Below are positions 46,630-55,653 of a stretch of 58,064 bases of DNA, piece after piece (the first letter of the stretch is position 1; the number at the start of each line of letters is the position of its first letter). The notes below the pieces were generated by a model, which was given only the letters and a program-made list of their open reading frames with translations, searched no databases and was not told where the DNA came from. The stretch comes from Bryobacterales bacterium (GTDB lineage: Bacteria; Acidobacteriota; Terriglobia; Bryobacterales; Bryobacteraceae), in assembly GCA_947467185.1 (NCBI GenBank), contig CANIHR010000001.1, forward strand, positions 1 through 58,064, read 5' to 3'. The position numbers and the translations under genes are program-made.

Positions 46630-47106
46630 ATGGCTGTCTACAAAATGAATGTCAACGGTGCGTCAGTGAACCTGACCGCTGACGACCCCAACACCCCTCT
46701 GTTGTACTTGCTCCAGGAGCAGGTACAGCTCTCCGGCCCAAAGTTTGGCTGCGGTCTCGGCCAGTGCGGAGCCTGCACGGTCCTCGTTGATGGCGTGCCG
46801 ATCCGTTCCTGCAACACAAATGTCGCGGATGTGGCGGGCAAGAACGTTGTATCGCTGGAAGGTCTCGGTACCCCGGCAAATCCCCACCCCATTCAGCAGG
46901 CCTTCATCTCGCAGCAGGCAATGCAGTGCGGCTACTGCGTGAGTGGCCCCGTTCTCTACGGAAAGGCTTTTATTGACGCCAATCCCGGTGCCACGCGTGA
47001 GCAGATCAATGAAGCCCTCGGCAAGTCGCCCCTCCTCTGCCGCTGCCACGCGCACAACCGCATGTTGAACGCTCTCGTTCTTTACTCACAGGGGAAGACG
47101 AAATGA
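46630..47106 (+). CDS. (2Fe-2S)-binding small subunit of a xanthine-dehydrogenase-family Mo-hydroxylase (IorA-like)
   Basis: GGAG 7 nt upstream of the start. CGLGQCGACTV and QCGYCVSG cluster motifs. Confidence 0.9.
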   Translation: MAVYKMNVNGASVNLTADDPNTPLLYLLQEQVQLSGPKFGCGLGQCGACTVLVDGVPIRSCNTNVADVAGKNVVSLEGLGTPANPHPIQQAFISQQAMQCGYCVSGPVLYGKAFIDANPGATREQINEALGKSPLLCRCHAHNRMLNALVLYSQGKTK

Positions 47107-49520
47107 GAAACCATCCCGGCAATATCTACTCCTTCAGCACGTTCGATGAAGCTCAACTCACCGTGGACGCCCGCAAGGCGCTCGCGGACAAGAGTCCTAA
47201 GGGTGCCAGCCGCCGCGATTTCTTCAAGTCCGCCGGCGTGATGGTCGTTGGCTTCAGCGTCGCCGGCGAGGCCGCGAAGCTGGCCGCGCAGAGCCCTGTG
47301 AACCCCACGGGTTTGGTCGACTCCACCAAAGTTGACTCGTGGGTTTCCATTTCGGTCGATGAGACCGTCACAATCTACTCCGGCAAGTGCGAATTCGGCC
47401 AGGGTTTTGCCACTGTCCAGATCCAGCTCGCCGCCGAAGAACTGAATGTTCCGCTTAGCCGCGTGAAGCTCATCTTCTGCGATACCGGCACCACGCCCGA
47501 TCAGGGCGTCACCTCCGGCAGCCAGTCCCACATCGCTGAATTCGGCCCCGGTGGCCTCCGCCAGGCTCTCGATACTGCCCGCGACGCACTTCTCGTCCTC
47601 GCAGGTCAGTGGTTTGACGTGGCCCCGGACGCGCTCACCGTGAAGGACGGCGTGGTCTCTGTCAAGGCCGACCCCAGCCAGCAGATCACGTACGGGCAAC
47701 TGCTCCAGGGCCAGCGTTTCAATCTCGTTCTCGACAGCAAGGCCGTTCCGAAGGATCCGAAGACTTACACCGTCCTCGGCACCAGCGTCCCGCGTCCCGA
47801 ACTCCCCGCCAAGGCGACCGGCACCTTCCGTTACGTGCAGAATGTCCGGCTTCCCGGTATGCTCCACGGCCGAGTCGTTCGTCCCCCAACAGTGGGCGCA
47901 AAAGTGGTCAGCGTCGATAAAAACTCAGTCGCCAGTATGCCCGGCGTGGTGCAGGTTGTCGTTAAGAATAACTTTGTTGGCGTCGTTGCTGACACCCAGT
48001 GGCATGCCATCCAGGCCGCTGGCTCATTGAATGTCACCTGGTCCGAAGGGGACACCCTCCCCGCCGATATGGCCACCGTGTACGCCTCCATGCAGACGGC
48101 AGCAACCGCCGACAGCCTCACCATCGACACGGGTGACACGGACGCGCTGCTCGCCAAAGCCACAAAGACCTTCAGCGCACAGTATCTCCACCCGTTCCAG
48201 ATGCACGGCTCCATGGCCGCCTCCTGCGCAGTCGCCGATGTTCGCGGTGGCACCGGCAAGACCGCTTCCGCCAAGATCTGGTCCGCCACGCAGGGTGTTT
48301 ACCCGCAGCGCGACAGCGTAGCCCTCGTCCTCGGTATTCCGAAGGAGAACATCCGTGTCATCTTCACGGAGAGTTCTGGCTGCTACGGCCTCAACGGCAA
48401 CGATTCGGTTAGCTATGACGCCGCCATCCTTTCACAGGCTGTCGGCAAGCCGGTCCGCGTCCAGTGGTCCCGCAAGGACGAGCACCAGAACGGTGAAAAT
48501 TACGGCCCCGCCTACGTCATCAATCTGAAAGCCGGCGTTGATGCCGGCGGCCAGATCACCACGTGGAGCTATGAATCGTGGACTGTGAGCAAGGGCAATC
48601 GCCCCAATGCGACCACTCCCGGTAACATCATCAGCGGCTTTCTGGCCGGTTTCCCCGCGCCCGTTCCAACTCCCGCTAAAGCCACCGTGCCGACCACCTT
48701 CGGTAACAACAACAACGCTGCCAGCAACTACCTCAGCGGTGTCATCGCCGGGAAGGCACCCGCCAACACCGGTAATGTCAACAGCGCGAAGGTTCTGGTT
48801 CACAACTCGGCGTCGCCCTTCTTCACCGGTCCGCTTCGGTCGCCCGCCCGGCTGCAGAACACCTACGCCAACGAGCAGTTCCTGGACGAAATCGCCTCGG
48901 CGCTCGGTCAGGATCCGGTGGACTATCGCATCCGCCATCTCTCCGACCCCCGCCTCATCGCGGTAGTGAGAGCTGCCGCCCAGGCGGCGCAGTGGGAAAC
49001 CCGCCCGTCGCCGAAGAGCCAGATCCCCTTCGGTAAACTCGCCGGTCGCGGTATCTCCTGCGTCCTCTATGAAGGCAACAACGGCTACTCCGCCCTGGTT
49101 TCTTATGTTGAGGTCGATCTCGTCACCGGCGTCGTCACCATTAAGAAAATGATCACGGCTGCGGAAAGCGGTCCGATCTCGAACCCCGATGGCATGATCA
49201 ACCAGACCGAAGGCGGCGTGCTGCAAGCCATGAGCCGCTGTATGTTTGAGCAGGTCAAGTGGAATGCCCGAGGTGGTGTCATCACGTCCGTGGACTGGAA
49301 TAGCTACCCGGTCTTCCAGTGGGGTATGCAGATCCCTGAAATGAAGACCGTGTTGATCAATAATCCCAACGTCAGCCAGACCGGCGCGGGCGAACTCAGC
49401 ATCACGCTTTCAGCTTCCGCCATTGGCAACGCGATCTTCGATGCAATCGGTGTTCGCGTCCGCCAAATTCCGTATACTCCGGCGAACGTGCTCGCTGCCA
49501 TCGCAGCGGCAAAGAAGTAA
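47103..49520 (+). CDS. Molybdopterin-binding large subunit (IorB-like aldehyde/isoquinoline oxidoreductase), Tat signal
   Basis: ATGA overlap with the small subunit. SRRDFFKSAGVMVVGFSVAG. GKCEFGQGFATVQIQLAAEEL and GAGELSITLSASAIGNAIFDA are typical of this family. Confidence 0.9.
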   Translation: MRNHPGNIYSFSTFDEAQLTVDARKALADKSPKGASRRDFFKSAGVMVVGFSVAGEAAKLAAQSPVNPTGLVDSTKVDSWVSISVDETVTIYSGKCEFGQGFATVQIQLAAEELNVPLSRVKLIFCDTGTTPDQGVTSGSQSHIAEFGPGGLRQALDTARDALLVLAGQWFDVAPDALTVKDGVVSVKADPSQQITYGQLLQGQRFNLVLDSKAVPKDPKTYTVLGTSVPRPELPAKATGTFRYVQNVRLPGMLHGRVVRPPTVGAKVVSVDKNSVASMPGVVQVVVKNNFVGVVADTQWHAIQAAGSLNVTWSEGDTLPADMATVYASMQTAATADSLTIDTGDTDALLAKATKTFSAQYLHPFQMHGSMAASCAVADVRGGTGKTASAKIWSATQGVYPQRDSVALVLGIPKENIRVIFTESSGCYGLNGNDSVSYDAAILSQAVGKPVRVQWSRKDEHQNGENYGPAYVINLKAGVDAGGQITTWSYESWTVSKGNRPNATTPGNIISGFLAGFPAPVPTPAKATVPTTFGNNNNAASNYLSGVIAGKAPANTGNVNSAKVLVHNSASPFFTGPLRSPARLQNTYANEQFLDEIASALGQDPVDYRIRHLSDPRLIAVVRAAAQAAQWETRPSPKSQIPFGKLAGRGISCVLYEGNNGYSALVSYVEVDLVTGVVTIKKMITAAESGPISNPDGMINQTEGGVLQAMSRCMFEQVKWNARGGVITSVDWNSYPVFQWGMQIPEMKTVLINNPNVSQTGAGELSITLSASAIGNAIFDAIGVRVRQIPYTPANVLAAIAAAKK

Positions 49521-49532
49521 CAGCGCAATTCT

Positions 49533-50327
49533 ATGCGCTTTGTCGTCCTTTTCACGCTGGCCACGCTTCCCCTGCTGGCCGCCGAACAACTGCAATCACG
49601 GGCCGTGATCCCCACAGTCACGGCGATCGTGAATGCAGCCACCGGCGAACCAGTCATCACCTCAGGGGGCTGGGCCAGCGTCTACGGCAATGGCTTCATT
49701 TGGAGTTCCAGCGGCTTTCCACGCCCGTGGCTACCGTCGGACTTCGTCAATGGAGCCCTGCCCCTCCAACTCAATGACATCTCCGTCCGCTTCAATGGCG
49801 TGCACACCTACGTCGCTTACATTGGCACCAACCAGATCAACGTTCTCATCCCCGACGACCCCACCATTGGCATGGTCTCGGTTCAGGAACAGGGTCAGCT
49901 TGACCAGAGCAACATTATCCAGGTCCTGAAGGCGCCCGTCGCCCCGGGTCTGTTCACTTTCACCCCGAAATACCCTACCGCCGTGCATCTCGACGGAACG
50001 TACTGTGGCCCGGCGGGCCTGCTGACCGGCATTCCAACCACACCCGCAAAAGTCGGCGAACTCATCGTCCTGTACGGCACCGGTTTTGGCCCCAGCAATC
50101 CAAAAATCGACTTCAGCCGCCTCTTCTCCACCGCCGCCCCCATCGCCCAGACCGTCACCGCTACCGTCGGCGGCCTGAATGCGAAGGTTGACGGCTACCT
50201 CGTCTCCCCGGGTGTCTACCAGTTCAACCTCATTGTCCCCGATGTCCCTGCCGGTGACGCTCCTGTCGTCCTCAGCGTGGCTGGCTCAAAAACGCAAACC
50301 TCACTATCCCTCGCCGTGGTTCGATAG
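49533..50327 (+). CDS. Secreted protein with Solibacter-type C-terminal domain (TIGR03437-like)
   Basis: Signal peptide MRFVVLFTLATLPLLAA. VYGNGF...LNDISVRFNGVHTYVAYIGTNQINVLIPDD...VDGYLVSPGVYQFNLIVP. Confidence 0.7.
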   Translation: MRFVVLFTLATLPLLAAEQLQSRAVIPTVTAIVNAATGEPVITSGGWASVYGNGFIWSSSGFPRPWLPSDFVNGALPLQLNDISVRFNGVHTYVAYIGTNQINVLIPDDPTIGMVSVQEQGQLDQSNIIQVLKAPVAPGLFTFTPKYPTAVHLDGTYCGPAGLLTGIPTTPAKVGELIVLYGTGFGPSNPKIDFSRLFSTAAPIAQTVTATVGGLNAKVDGYLVSPGVYQFNLIVPDVPAGDAPVVLSVAGSKTQTSLSLAVVR

Positions 50328-50337
50328 AATCCTTGGC

Positions 50338-51885
50338 ATGGCTTCGTTTTTTCAGCGTGTCTGCATCTTTGCAGTAGCCCTCCCCCTGGCGGCTCAAAGC
50401 ACCAAACAGATCAGTCTTGCCGAGCTCCGCGACAAGATCGCTGGCGGCTGGGCTGGGCAGATGATCGGCGTTAGCTTCGGAGCCCCCACCGAATTTCGCT
50501 CTCGCGCCAAAATCATTGACGGCGACCTCCCGAAGTGGACGCCCGCCGGTGTCTCGAACGCCCTCGATCAGGACGACCTGTACGTCGACATGACCTTCGC
50601 CCGCGTCCTCGACGACAAAGGCATCAAGGCCACCACCGAAGACTTCGGTAATATGTTCCGCGACGCGAAGTACCGCCTCTGGCACGCGAACCTCGCCGCA
50701 CGACGTGCCCTGAAACGCGGTGTCTCCGCCAACCTCACCGGCACACCCCTGTACAACGCCCACGCCAATGACATCGACTTCCAGATCGAGTCGGACTTCA
50801 TCGGGCTAATGGCACCTGGCCTCCCCGTCTCGGCGAACGACATCGCCGATCGAGCTGGCCGCGTCATGAATTCCGGCGACGGCATCTATGGCGGCATGTT
50901 CGTTTCCGGCATGTACGCGGCGGCCTTCTTCGAGAAAGATCCCCGCAAGATCGTCGAAGCCGGCCTTCGTTCGATCCCCGCTAAAAGCCCCTACGCCCGT
51001 CTCATCACCGATGTCCTCGCCTGGTCGAAGCAATACCCGAACGACTGGAAGAAGGTCTGGCAGCTCATCGAAGACAAATGGGACAAGCGCGAACCCTGCC
51101 CCGAAGGTGCCCTTCGCACCTTCAACATTGACGCCAAGCTGAACGGCGGCTACATCGTCCTGGGCCTGCTTTATGGCGGCGGTGATTTCGGCAGGACGAT
51201 TGAGGTCTCAACCCGAGCTGGGCAGGACTCGGACTGCAATCCCTCCAGCGCTGCGGGTATCATCGGTGTCACCCTTGGCTATTCGAAGATCCCGGATGAA
51301 TGGAAAGGTGGCATCCCCGCCCTTGCGGACAAGAAGTTCAACTACACCGACTATTCGTTCAACACCATCGTCGACAGCACGCAGAAACGAGCGCTCGCGC
51401 TGGTTCAGTCAACAGGAGGCACAGTCTCCGGCGACACCGCCACCGTGAAGACACAGGCCCCGAAAGCGCCAAAACTGGAGATTTGGGGCAACTACGGCTC
51501 CCCGGTGGAGCGCGTGGCCGTCACCGACGCCCGCTGGACCTGGACCGGGGTCTGGACGCCCGCTGAACCCGCCACCAAACCCGTCCGTCGCGCCACCACC
51601 TCAACCGCTGAAGCGAGCATCGGCTTTGACGGGACCGGTGCCATCCTGGTCGGCCCCTATCTGCCGGAAGGTGGCAAGGCCGACGTATACCTGGACGGAA
51701 CGCTCGACAGCACAGTCGATGCCAACTCCGACGAAGACCAGGGTAAAGGCTCCGAAGTCATCTGGCACCGCTTCGGCCTGAAAGCCGGCAAACACACCCT
51801 TCGCGTCGTCGTCAAAGGCGAGGCCATGTATGCGGGCAAGGGCACTGCGATTGTCCTCGAAGACCTGATCGTCTTCCGCCCCTGA
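50338..51885 (+). CDS. Secreted ADP-ribosylglycohydrolase-family protein with ~150-aa beta-rich C-terminal extension
   Basis: The ATG at 50338 gives signal peptide MASFFQRVCIFAVALPLAAQ. GGWAGQMIGVSFGAPTEF, DDLYVDMTF and GQDSDCNPSSAAGIIG match ARH-family metal-site motifs. Confidence 0.75.
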   Translation: MASFFQRVCIFAVALPLAAQSTKQISLAELRDKIAGGWAGQMIGVSFGAPTEFRSRAKIIDGDLPKWTPAGVSNALDQDDLYVDMTFARVLDDKGIKATTEDFGNMFRDAKYRLWHANLAARRALKRGVSANLTGTPLYNAHANDIDFQIESDFIGLMAPGLPVSANDIADRAGRVMNSGDGIYGGMFVSGMYAAAFFEKDPRKIVEAGLRSIPAKSPYARLITDVLAWSKQYPNDWKKVWQLIEDKWDKREPCPEGALRTFNIDAKLNGGYIVLGLLYGGGDFGRTIEVSTRAGQDSDCNPSSAAGIIGVTLGYSKIPDEWKGGIPALADKKFNYTDYSFNTIVDSTQKRALALVQSTGGTVSGDTATVKTQAPKAPKLEIWGNYGSPVERVAVTDARWTWTGVWTPAEPATKPVRRATTSTAEASIGFDGTGAILVGPYLPEGGKADVYLDGTLDSTVDANSDEDQGKGSEVIWHRFGLKAGKHTLRVVVKGEAMYAGKGTAIVLEDLIVFRP

Positions 51886-51894
51886 CAGACTACC

Positions 51895-52446
51895 TTACTG
51901 GCAGAGCGTCGTTTCCTGCCGTATCCGCGGCATCGTCGGAGCCGCATCCATCACCATGCAAGTCGCCGTCCCGGTGGCGCACAGGCGACCCTTCGCGTCC
52001 GTAATCCGGCCTTCCGCCGTCGCAATCTGATTGCCCAGGTGGATCACCTTGCCTTCGCCCGTAATCTCGCCACTCGCCTGCAGCACCGGCCGCAGGAAGT
52101 TGACCTTGATCTCGATGGTCAGATAGCCCTTACCCGCCGGCAACGCCGTGTGAACCGCCGCTGACATCACGGAATCCAGCAGAGTCGAGAGAATGCCGCC
52201 ATGGACGCAGCCCATCGGGTTGTAATGCACCTCGCTCGGCTCCAGAGTCATCGTGAACGAGCCCTCCGAGGCCCCCACAAGCTCCATACCCAGCAACCGG
52301 CCAAACGGAGGTTCCGGAATCTCCCCCCGCCGCATCTGGTCAAAGAATTCGACACCCGACATCCGGCGCGCTTCACGAGCCGATTTCCGGGGATCCTCCC
52401 AGGTCACGACTCTTACGCGTTCTTGTGTGTTCTCAGCGAGCATCAT
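51895..52446 (-). CDS. PaaI-family hotdog thioesterase
   Basis: Start at the internal Met pair (52446). GMELVGASEGSFTMTLEPSEVHYNPMGCVHGGILSTLLDSVMS is the TIGR00369/PaaI signature. Confidence 0.8.
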   Translation of the reverse strand: MMLAENTQERVRVVTWEDPRKSAREARRMSGVEFFDQMRRGEIPEPPFGRLLGMELVGASEGSFTMTLEPSEVHYNPMGCVHGGILSTLLDSVMSAAVHTALPAGKGYLTIEIKVNFLRPVLQASGEITGEGKVIHLGNQIATAEGRITDAKGRLCATGTATCMVMDAAPTMPRIRQETTLCQ

Positions 52447-52515
52447 TCGATTTCTGTTTCCTCTCACTAGTGCGGAAACACGGCGCAAAAACCGTCGTCT
52501 CCCTGCAAAATAAAT

Positions 52516-52551
52516 AAAAAAGGCCACACCCCGAAGGATGTGGCCTTTTTT
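52516..52551 (-). terminator. Rho-independent terminator closing the nuo operon
   Basis: GGCCACA (52522-52528) pairs with TGTGGCC (52539-52545). On the minus strand the hairpin is followed by TTTTTTATTTATTTT. Lies 18 nt downstream of the nuoN stop. Confidence 0.75.
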
Positions 52552-52568
52552 GTTACAGATAGAGAGCT

Positions 52569-54029
52569 CTACTTGCCCAAAGAAGCGGCATCCCGGGCAA
52601 AGTTAAGGACAAAGCCCGGCAGAATCCCGAGGATAAACGTCCCAATCGCCGGCAGCACCAGCGCCACACGCAGACCCGGAGTCAGCGGTTCCAGCGCTTC
52701 GGTCGCTTCGCTCGGTTCGTGCATGTACATCACCACCAGCAACCGCAGGTAGTAATAAGCAGCCACAGCCGAGTTCAGCAATCCAAGCACTGCGAGCCAG
52801 ACCAGATTCGATTCCAGCGCCGCACGGAAGATGTAGAACTTACCGAAGAAGCCACCCGTGAGCGGCACACCGATCAGCGACAGAACGAACACGGTCAACA
52901 CGGCAGCCGTGAAGGGCTGTTTCTTTGCCAGACCCGCCATATCGTCAATCTGAACGTTGGTTTCGCCCTTGCCGGCCATGTGGATCACGACCGCGAAAGC
53001 ACCAATGTTCATCAGCGCGTAGGCCGCCAGATAGAACATCGCCGCCGTCACGCCGATTTCCGAACGCGAGGTCAGCGCCACCAGCAGGTAGCCAGCATGT
53101 GCAATCGAGCTATAGCCCAGCATGCGTTTCACATTCTTCTGCGTGAGCGCAGCAAAGTTCCCGATGGTCATCGAGAGCAGTGCCATCATCCAGAGAATCG
53201 GTTCCCAGGAGGAAGCGATCGGCTGGAAGGCCGTCATGAAGATCCGCAGGAAGATCGCAAACGCCGCAGCTTTCGGAGCGGTCGCGAGGAATGCCGACAC
53301 AGGAGCGGGTGCACCTTGATAAACGTCCGGAGCCCACATCTGGAACGGAGCGCCTGAGACCTTGAAGCCAAGACCGATGATCATCAGCGCCGCCGCCACA
53401 CTCGCCATAACCAGCGAGATGCCGGGAGCCGCCATGATCTTGTGGATTTCATTCAGCTTCGTCGAACCCGTGATGCCATAAACGAGAGCCACACCGTACA
53501 ACAGGAAGCCCGTGGCAAACGAACCCAGCAGGAAGTACTTCAATGCCGCTTCGTTGTTGCGCTTGTCGTGGCGGAGGTAACCGGCCAGAACGTAGCTGGC
53601 AATCGATGAAATTTCCAGGCCGATGAAGATCATGATCAGATCGTTCGCGGCGGCCATCAGGCACTGGCCCGAGACGGCGAACAGAATCAGCGCATGATAC
53701 TCGCTGGTCTCCGCCTTCTCCCTGTCCAGATAGTGATAGGACGAGAAGACCGCGAAGATGCCGATCGTAATGCAGAGAATCCGGAAGTAGGTGGCAAAAC
53801 CATCCACAATCAACAGATTGGAATAAGCGAAGCCCGGGTCGCCATTCGCCGCAACAGCGGCAAACATCGCGGCGAGGAACGCCACAATCGACAGATGCCC
53901 GAAGAACTTCGGTTTGGACGCCGTCAGGAACGGATCCAGAACCATCATCAGGGTGCCCGCTGCGATCAGAATCGTCTCAGGCAGAAACCGTAAGATGTCG
54001 GAGGCGGTAGGGGTGAAATTAGCGAGCAT
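52569..54029 (-). CDS. nuoN: NADH-quinone oxidoreductase subunit N
   Basis: 486-aa polytopic antiporter-like subunit, last gene of the J-K-L-M-N series. Overlaps nuoM by 11 nt. Confidence 0.92.
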   Translation of the reverse strand: MLANFTPTASDILRFLPETILIAAGTLMMVLDPFLTASKPKFFGHLSIVAFLAAMFAAVAANGDPGFAYSNLLIVDGFATYFRILCITIGIFAVFSSYHYLDREKAETSEYHALILFAVSGQCLMAAANDLIMIFIGLEISSIASYVLAGYLRHDKRNNEAALKYFLLGSFATGFLLYGVALVYGITGSTKLNEIHKIMAAPGISLVMASVAAALMIIGLGFKVSGAPFQMWAPDVYQGAPAPVSAFLATAPKAAAFAIFLRIFMTAFQPIASSWEPILWMMALLSMTIGNFAALTQKNVKRMLGYSSIAHAGYLLVALTSRSEIGVTAAMFYLAAYALMNIGAFAVVIHMAGKGETNVQIDDMAGLAKKQPFTAAVLTVFVLSLIGVPLTGGFFGKFYIFRAALESNLVWLAVLGLLNSAVAAYYYLRLLVVMYMHEPSEATEALEPLTPGLRVALVLPAIGTFILGILPGFVLNFARDAASLGK

Positions 54030-55653
54030 GTGCGTTACCTCCGGGGACCGGCGTAATGTTCACATTGCTGGCCTGTGGGCCCTTACGAGTTGTATCCAGA
54101 ATGTGGGCGTTCTGCGCGGAAACCACCGGCAGGAAGCTTTGGGAATACATTCCCATCCAAACCATCATCGCCACCAGGGGAAGTACACAGGCCCATTCCC
54201 GCAGATTCAAATCGGGGAAACCGTGGCCATGCGAATCGTGACCATGATCCCCAGCAGCGTGAGCATCGTGACCGTGCGCCGCATGAGCGTCATCGTGCCC
54301 GCCGTGACCACCATGCGAATCCGCAACTTCCACACCATCCACGGTGCCGAAGAAGACTCGCTGGTACATCCACAGCATGTAGCAGGCCGAGAGGATCACG
54401 CCGAGAGCCGCAAAAGCCGCCCAACTGAAGCTCCGGATCGCCGCGCCCTGCAGCACCAGGAATTCACCCACGAAGTTACTCAGCGTCGGTAACCCGATGC
54501 TGGCAAAAGTTGTGATGAGGAAGATGATCGAGAGCCAGGGTGCTACCGTCGCGATCCCGCCGTAGTCCTTGATAGCGAGTGAATGCTTGCGCTCATAGAG
54601 GAAGCCGACGAGGACGAAAAGAGCACCGGTTGAGATACCGTGAGTCAGCATCTGGTAAACCGCACCATCCAGACCCATCTGGTTGAACGAGAACACACCG
54701 AGCACCACGAAACCTAAGTGGCTCACCGAGGAGTACGCCACCAGCTTCTTCATGTTCGGCTGCACCATTGCGACCAGCGCACCGTAGACAATACCGATAA
54801 TCGCGAGCGTCGCGATCCACGGTGCATTCTCTTTAGCCGCACCGGGGAACATCGGCAGGCAGAAACGAACCAGGCCGTAGGTACCCATTTTCAGCATGAC
54901 CGAGGCCAGCATGACGGAACCAGCGGTGGGCGCTTCCACGTGCGCGTCGGGCAACCAGGTGTGCAGCGGGAACAGCGGAACCTTAATCGCGAAGGCCAGG
55001 AAGAAGGCCAGGAAGAGCAGCGTTTCCTGCAGGTGCGTCAGAGCGATACGGCCACTCTGCAGCATGTCGAGTACCGTGACGTAATCAAACGTCCCGGCCT
55101 GCGTGTACAGGAAGATGATCGCGGCCAGCATCAGCACGGAGCCAACCATCGTGTACAGGAAGAACTTAACGGCTGCGTAGATCCGGCGGTCATGACCCCA
55201 GATACCGATCAGGAAGTACATCGGCACCAGCACCACTTCCCAGAATGCGTAGAACAGGAAGAGGTCCCAGGAGGCGAACACACCGATCAGGCCGAACTCC
55301 AGCAGCAGGAGGAAAGCGAAGAATTCCTTCACCCGGTCCTGAATGTATTCCCAGGAGATCAGAATGGCGATCGGGGTGAGGAAGGTGGACAGCATGATCA
55401 GCCAGAGGCTGAGACCGTCTATGCCCACATGATAGTGAATCTCAGGATTCTGGATCCACACGAAGTTGGTAACGAACTGCTGTCCGGTCGATTTCGAATC
55501 GAAGCCGGTCACCAGACCGAGCGATGCCACGAATGTAACGAGCGAAACGCCCAGAGCGAACAGACGGCTCAGTTGCGCATTGCTCCGGGGAATAAGTAGC
55601 GCCAGGATAAAGCCGAGGGCCGGTATCGCGATGATGATGTCGAGAAGGTTCAA
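54019..55653 (-). CDS. nuoM: NADH-quinone oxidoreductase subunit M (with His-rich insertion)
   Basis: TTG start at 55653, preceded by GGGAGG and overlapping the nuoL stop (TTGA), giving MNLLDIIIAIPALGF. Typical NuoM core (WLPDAHVEAPTAGSV...). Confidence 0.92.
   Translation of the reverse strand: MNLLDIIIAIPALGFILALLIPRSNAQLSRLFALGVSLVTFVASLGLVTGFDSKSTGQQFVTNFVWIQNPEIHYHVGIDGLSLWLIMLSTFLTPIAILISWEYIQDRVKEFFAFLLLLEFGLIGVFASWDLFLFYAFWEVVLVPMYFLIGIWGHDRRIYAAVKFFLYTMVGSVLMLAAIIFLYTQAGTFDYVTVLDMLQSGRIALTHLQETLLFLAFFLAFAIKVPLFPLHTWLPDAHVEAPTAGSVMLASVMLKMGTYGLVRFCLPMFPGAAKENAPWIATLAIIGIVYGALVAMVQPNMKKLVAYSSVSHLGFVVLGVFSFNQMGLDGAVYQMLTHGISTGALFVLVGFLYERKHSLAIKDYGGIATVAPWLSIIFLITTFASIGLPTLSNFVGEFLVLQGAAIRSFSWAAFAALGVILSACYMLWMYQRVFFGTVDGVEVADSHGGHGGHDDAHAAHGHDAHAAGDHGHDSHGHGFPDLNLREWACVLPLVAMMVWMGMYSQSFLPVVSAQNAHILDTTRKGPQASNVNITPVPGGNAHAR

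Noticed and set aside
50179-50337. Upstream extension of the ADP-ribosylglycohydrolase ORF overlapping gene 49533..50327
   Set aside because: The extension is Ser/Thr/Leu-rich and lies out of frame inside a well-supported gene. The ATG at 50338 yields a proper signal peptide.
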